A stretch of DNA of 64,000 nt from Kiritimatiellia bacterium. GTDB lineage: Bacteria; Verrucomicrobiota; Kiritimatiellia; RFP12; UBA1067. The stretch spans positions 26,930 to 90,929 of the forward strand of contig JBJEWD010000020.1 of NCBI GenBank assembly GCA_051884875.1, read 5' to 3'. A program made the position numbers and the translations under genes. How positions within the stretch are numbered: position 1 is the first letter of the stretch; every line of letters starts with the position of its first letter. Below are positions 61,059-64,000 of the stretch, piece by piece. Under the pieces are notes generated by a model that was not told the DNA's origin, did no database searches, and was given only the letters and a program-made list of their open reading frames with translations.

Positions 61059-63562
61059 CCGCCGTCGCCCGGATCCAGTACGCGCGAATCGCGCTCAGGT
61101 CGTCCGTGACCGGTGTGTCAGCGACAAGCGGATAGCGCTTGAGTTCGATCCAAGTGCCCGTGCCCGTGATGTCGATCTCGATCTTCACGGTCACGTCCTT
61201 GTCGGACGCGAGCGTGAGCCGCTTGCGGTCGAAGCCCGTCATGAGGAGCGGATCGGAGGCCACCCCCGCCCGGACAGGCGTATCCTTCCAGACGCCGCCC
61301 CTGCCCGTGGGCTTGCCGAGCTTCCAGAGATCGTCCGCGACGCCGACCCAGAGCGCGGCCTTGCCGTCGTCGGACCTGACGAGATGTTCGCTCGCCACGG
61401 CCGCCGTGGAGACGCCCGAGATCACGAAAAGGCCGCGCCAGGTGCAGTAGTCGTAGACCCGGCGGTTGTGCGTCGCGATCGCACGCGCCTTGGCGAAACC
61501 GCCCGCATTCTCGGCAGGCAGTTCGTAGAAGATGCCCGAAAGGTTCAGGAGGTCGCGCTCGGTGCAGCACTCGCGACAGAGACGGCCCTCGCGCGCCGAG
61601 ACCGTAGCGCGCGGAAAGCGCCAGCGCCTGCCCGCATCGTCGGTGATGATCGCCGAAGCCGCGTCATAGCTGTCGCCGAGATCTTCGTTCGGATCGAGAC
61701 GCATGAACTTCTCGACCTCGGTGCGCCGCGCCGCATCATCCGTCTTCACGAGCTGCAGCCTGCCGCCTGCGCCCGGGGTCATGAGATAGAGTTCGCCGTC
61801 CTGCACCATCTCCAGCGGCAGATTCTCGTCGCCCTTGCCGCTGCGGAGGATGCCGCGCGAGGCATCGGCGCCAAGACGCGCAAGCCCCGCGAACATCGCA
61901 TCGACGTGACGGCGGCGATCCTTGTTCGCGTAGTTGAAGAATGCCGTCACCTTCTGCGCGTCTTTCCTGGCGACGAGACGAATCCACGCACCTTTCAGGT
62001 TGTCGAGGCTGACGCCGTTGCAGTGCGCGACGGTGAAGTCCCTGACCTTCACCCAATTACCGTCGCCCTTGACGTCAATCTCGATCTCGGCCTCGAGATC
62101 ACCCGCGATGAAGAGCATGCGACGGTCGAAGCCGTCGAGCAGATAGGGGTCGGAGACCTGCCCGGCCTTCACGTCCTCCTCCTGCCACACGGCGCCGCGC
62201 CCGATGGCCGGGCCGAAGCCGTCGAGATCCTGCGGATCGAGAAACCAGAGCGAACTGTTGGACTGGGACGGCGCCCCGATGCCGCCCTTGGCGCGGCGCT
62301 TGTTGAGAAATTCGTTCGCGGCGGTGTCGTCGCAGCCGAGGACGACCTTGTCGCCCCAGCGGCAGAAGTCGCCGACGATCTTGAGGTAGTTGCTGCGCGG
62401 GCGGATGCCGGCGGAATTGCGGACGGACATCGTGGCGGGAAAGCGCCAGAACGTGCCGTGCATCGTCATGAGGAAGTCGTCGCCCTCCCCGATTTCGCGA
62501 ATGCGCGGCCACTCGGTATTCCAGCCGTGCGCGCCGTCGTAGGAATGCGACCCCTTCGGCAGGCGATACTTGTGCCACTTCCCGTCCTCGAGGATCATGA
62601 GAATGACGCTGCGGTAGTCCCAACCGATTGCCCACAGGGGATCCGTCTCGGGGTTCTCCGCACCGTAGATGCCGCCCTTCGAGGTGATGTCGGTGAACTG
62701 GTTGCGCAGGACCACCTCCCAGTTGTTGGTGCCCGGTCTGCCGTTCCACTGCGCCAGCACGCCCGAGGTCGTCGTCGGATCCTGCATCGCCGCCGGCGAG
62801 AACTCGCCGTTGTTGGCGTAGACGAGACGTCCCTGCCCGGAATAGCCGCCCTTGCCGTGATAGCCCGGCAGCAGCGCACCGTCGTGCCGACCGTAGCCCT
62901 GGATGTTGCCGTCGCGGAAAAGTTCGGTGACCTTGAGCGTGCGGACGTCGATCTCGTAGACGCCTTCCTCCATCGTCACCGTGTAGATTCTGTTCGCGGG
63001 ATCCGTCAGGTGCCGCGCCGAGGCCGTAAGCCGACCGTAGAGATTGGTCGTGCCGTCGTCGTTCACGGGCTTCATCACGCGGACGTTCTTCTGCGCGTCA
63101 ATCGCATACGGCCCGATGAAGAGCTGGTTCGACTCCCTGTGGATGAGGCGGTTCGCCGGCGTGCCGCCGATCGAGATATCCCTGTGGATGACACGCGTGA
63201 AGTCGGGTTTCACCTCATAAAGGAGATCCGACGACGTATTCGGCATGTGCGGCGCATAGGAGATGTGCCAGAGACTGCCCGCCCACGGCACGACCGCCCC
63301 CGTGCCGCACTCGCCTTCATTGTTGAAGGTATGAAGCTCCGGATTGACGCCCGAGATGAAAGTAGAGGCCAGAATCAGCGATGTCACTATGCTCATTGGC
63401 TTTTGTTTCCTTGTACGCCTTCATTTTACCATTTACGGCACATGCGCTAAAATACCCAAACGTGTAAGTCAGGCGCACTGGGACAAACGACGCGCCCGGT
63501 GTCATTCTACCAGAAAACGACAGTCTCGGCGGCGGTTTTCGACGGCGGTTCATCACAGACGC

Positions 63563-64000
63563 CTACAGCAGCACGTGGGCTTCGCCGGCGTAGACGCGAG
63601 CCTCCCCGACAAGCAGCGATCCATCGCTCTGGATGCCGTGGCACATTCCCTTAATCGGTGCGCAATCGTCGTCGGTCTGAACGATTCCGAGGGGCTGTCC
63701 CCGCAGAAAATCGTGCGCGGCGATTTCGGGATAAAGTGCCGCAAAGCCCTCCTGCCGCCAGGTCTGGTACGCCTCCCCCAACATCGCCAGAATGGCGTCT
63801 CGAACGACCTCCATAGCAGGGATTGTCCCCAGCATCGCGAGTGAAATTGCGCGTTTTTCGATTTCCTTGGCAAATTTGCGCTGTCTGACATTGATGCCAA
63901 CCCCCGCAATCACCATCTCGCCCTGACGTTCGCAAAGAATGCCGGCGATCTTCCGTCCCCCGACCAGAACGTCATTCGGCCATTTGAGCTGGAGGTTGGA
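63563..64000 (-). CDS. birA: Biotin--[acetyl-CoA-carboxylase] ligase, C-terminal part; the 5' end is beyond the window
   Basis: VIAGVGINV motif. The frame stays open to the window edge. Confidence 0.55.
   Translation of the reverse strand, partial: SNLQLKWPNDVLVGGRKIAGILCERQGEMVIAGVGINVRQRKFAKEIEKRAISLAMLGTIPAMEVVRDAILAMLGEAYQTWRQEGFAALYPEIAAHDFLRGQPLGIVQTDDDCAPIKGMCHGIQSDGSLLVGEARVYAGEAHVLL

Overview
This is a high-GC bacterial chromosomal window, probably from a PVC-group or similar organism. Every confident gene is on the minus strand except one, a DUF4143 ATPase that looks inserted. From left to right the window contains six blocks. First, a tightly overlapping five-gene defence operon: an HTH controller, a C5 cytosine methyltransferase, a GHKL (MutL/MORC-like) ATPase, a Z1-domain protein and a PD-(D/E)XK nuclease that runs off the 5' edge. 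It is bounded by a sharply AT-rich spacer. Second, a fused SEDS (RodA/FtsW)-class B PBP gene, preceded by an uncharacterised four-to-five gene cassette: a dual-specificity phosphatase, an acidic protein, a YbjN-like protein and a YbjN-AAA+ ATPase fusion. Third, tRNA-Pro(UGG) with its terminator hairpin, next to a decayed DUF2924 fragment and palindromic repeats that suggest a relic of an integrative element. Fourth, nrdDG with an NrdR-box-like operator; a GH20 hexosaminidase; and a nucleosidase plus amidohydrolase pair. Fifth, a polysaccharide biosynthesis locus of about 26 kb with a lower-GC core. It is headed by a NusG/UpxY-like antiterminator and includes a Wzx flippase, a putative Wzy-like polymerase, a pyruvyl transferase, many GT4/GT2/GT26 glycosyltransferases, a hexapeptide acetyltransferase and two acyltransferase-3 genes. 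Both acyltransferase-3 genes are interrupted at homopolymeric tracts (G11 and A9) and are candidate phase-variation switches. A DUF4143 ATPase with upstream iterons is inserted between imperfect direct repeats. Sixth, a Bat-like operon: an FHA-MoxR AAA+ protein, DUF58, two very large vWA membrane proteins (one with PA14), a 1094-aa repeat protein and a prenyltransferase-repeat protein, followed by a large secreted protein and a partial birA. No CRISPR array, rRNA or intact transposase or integrase was seen.
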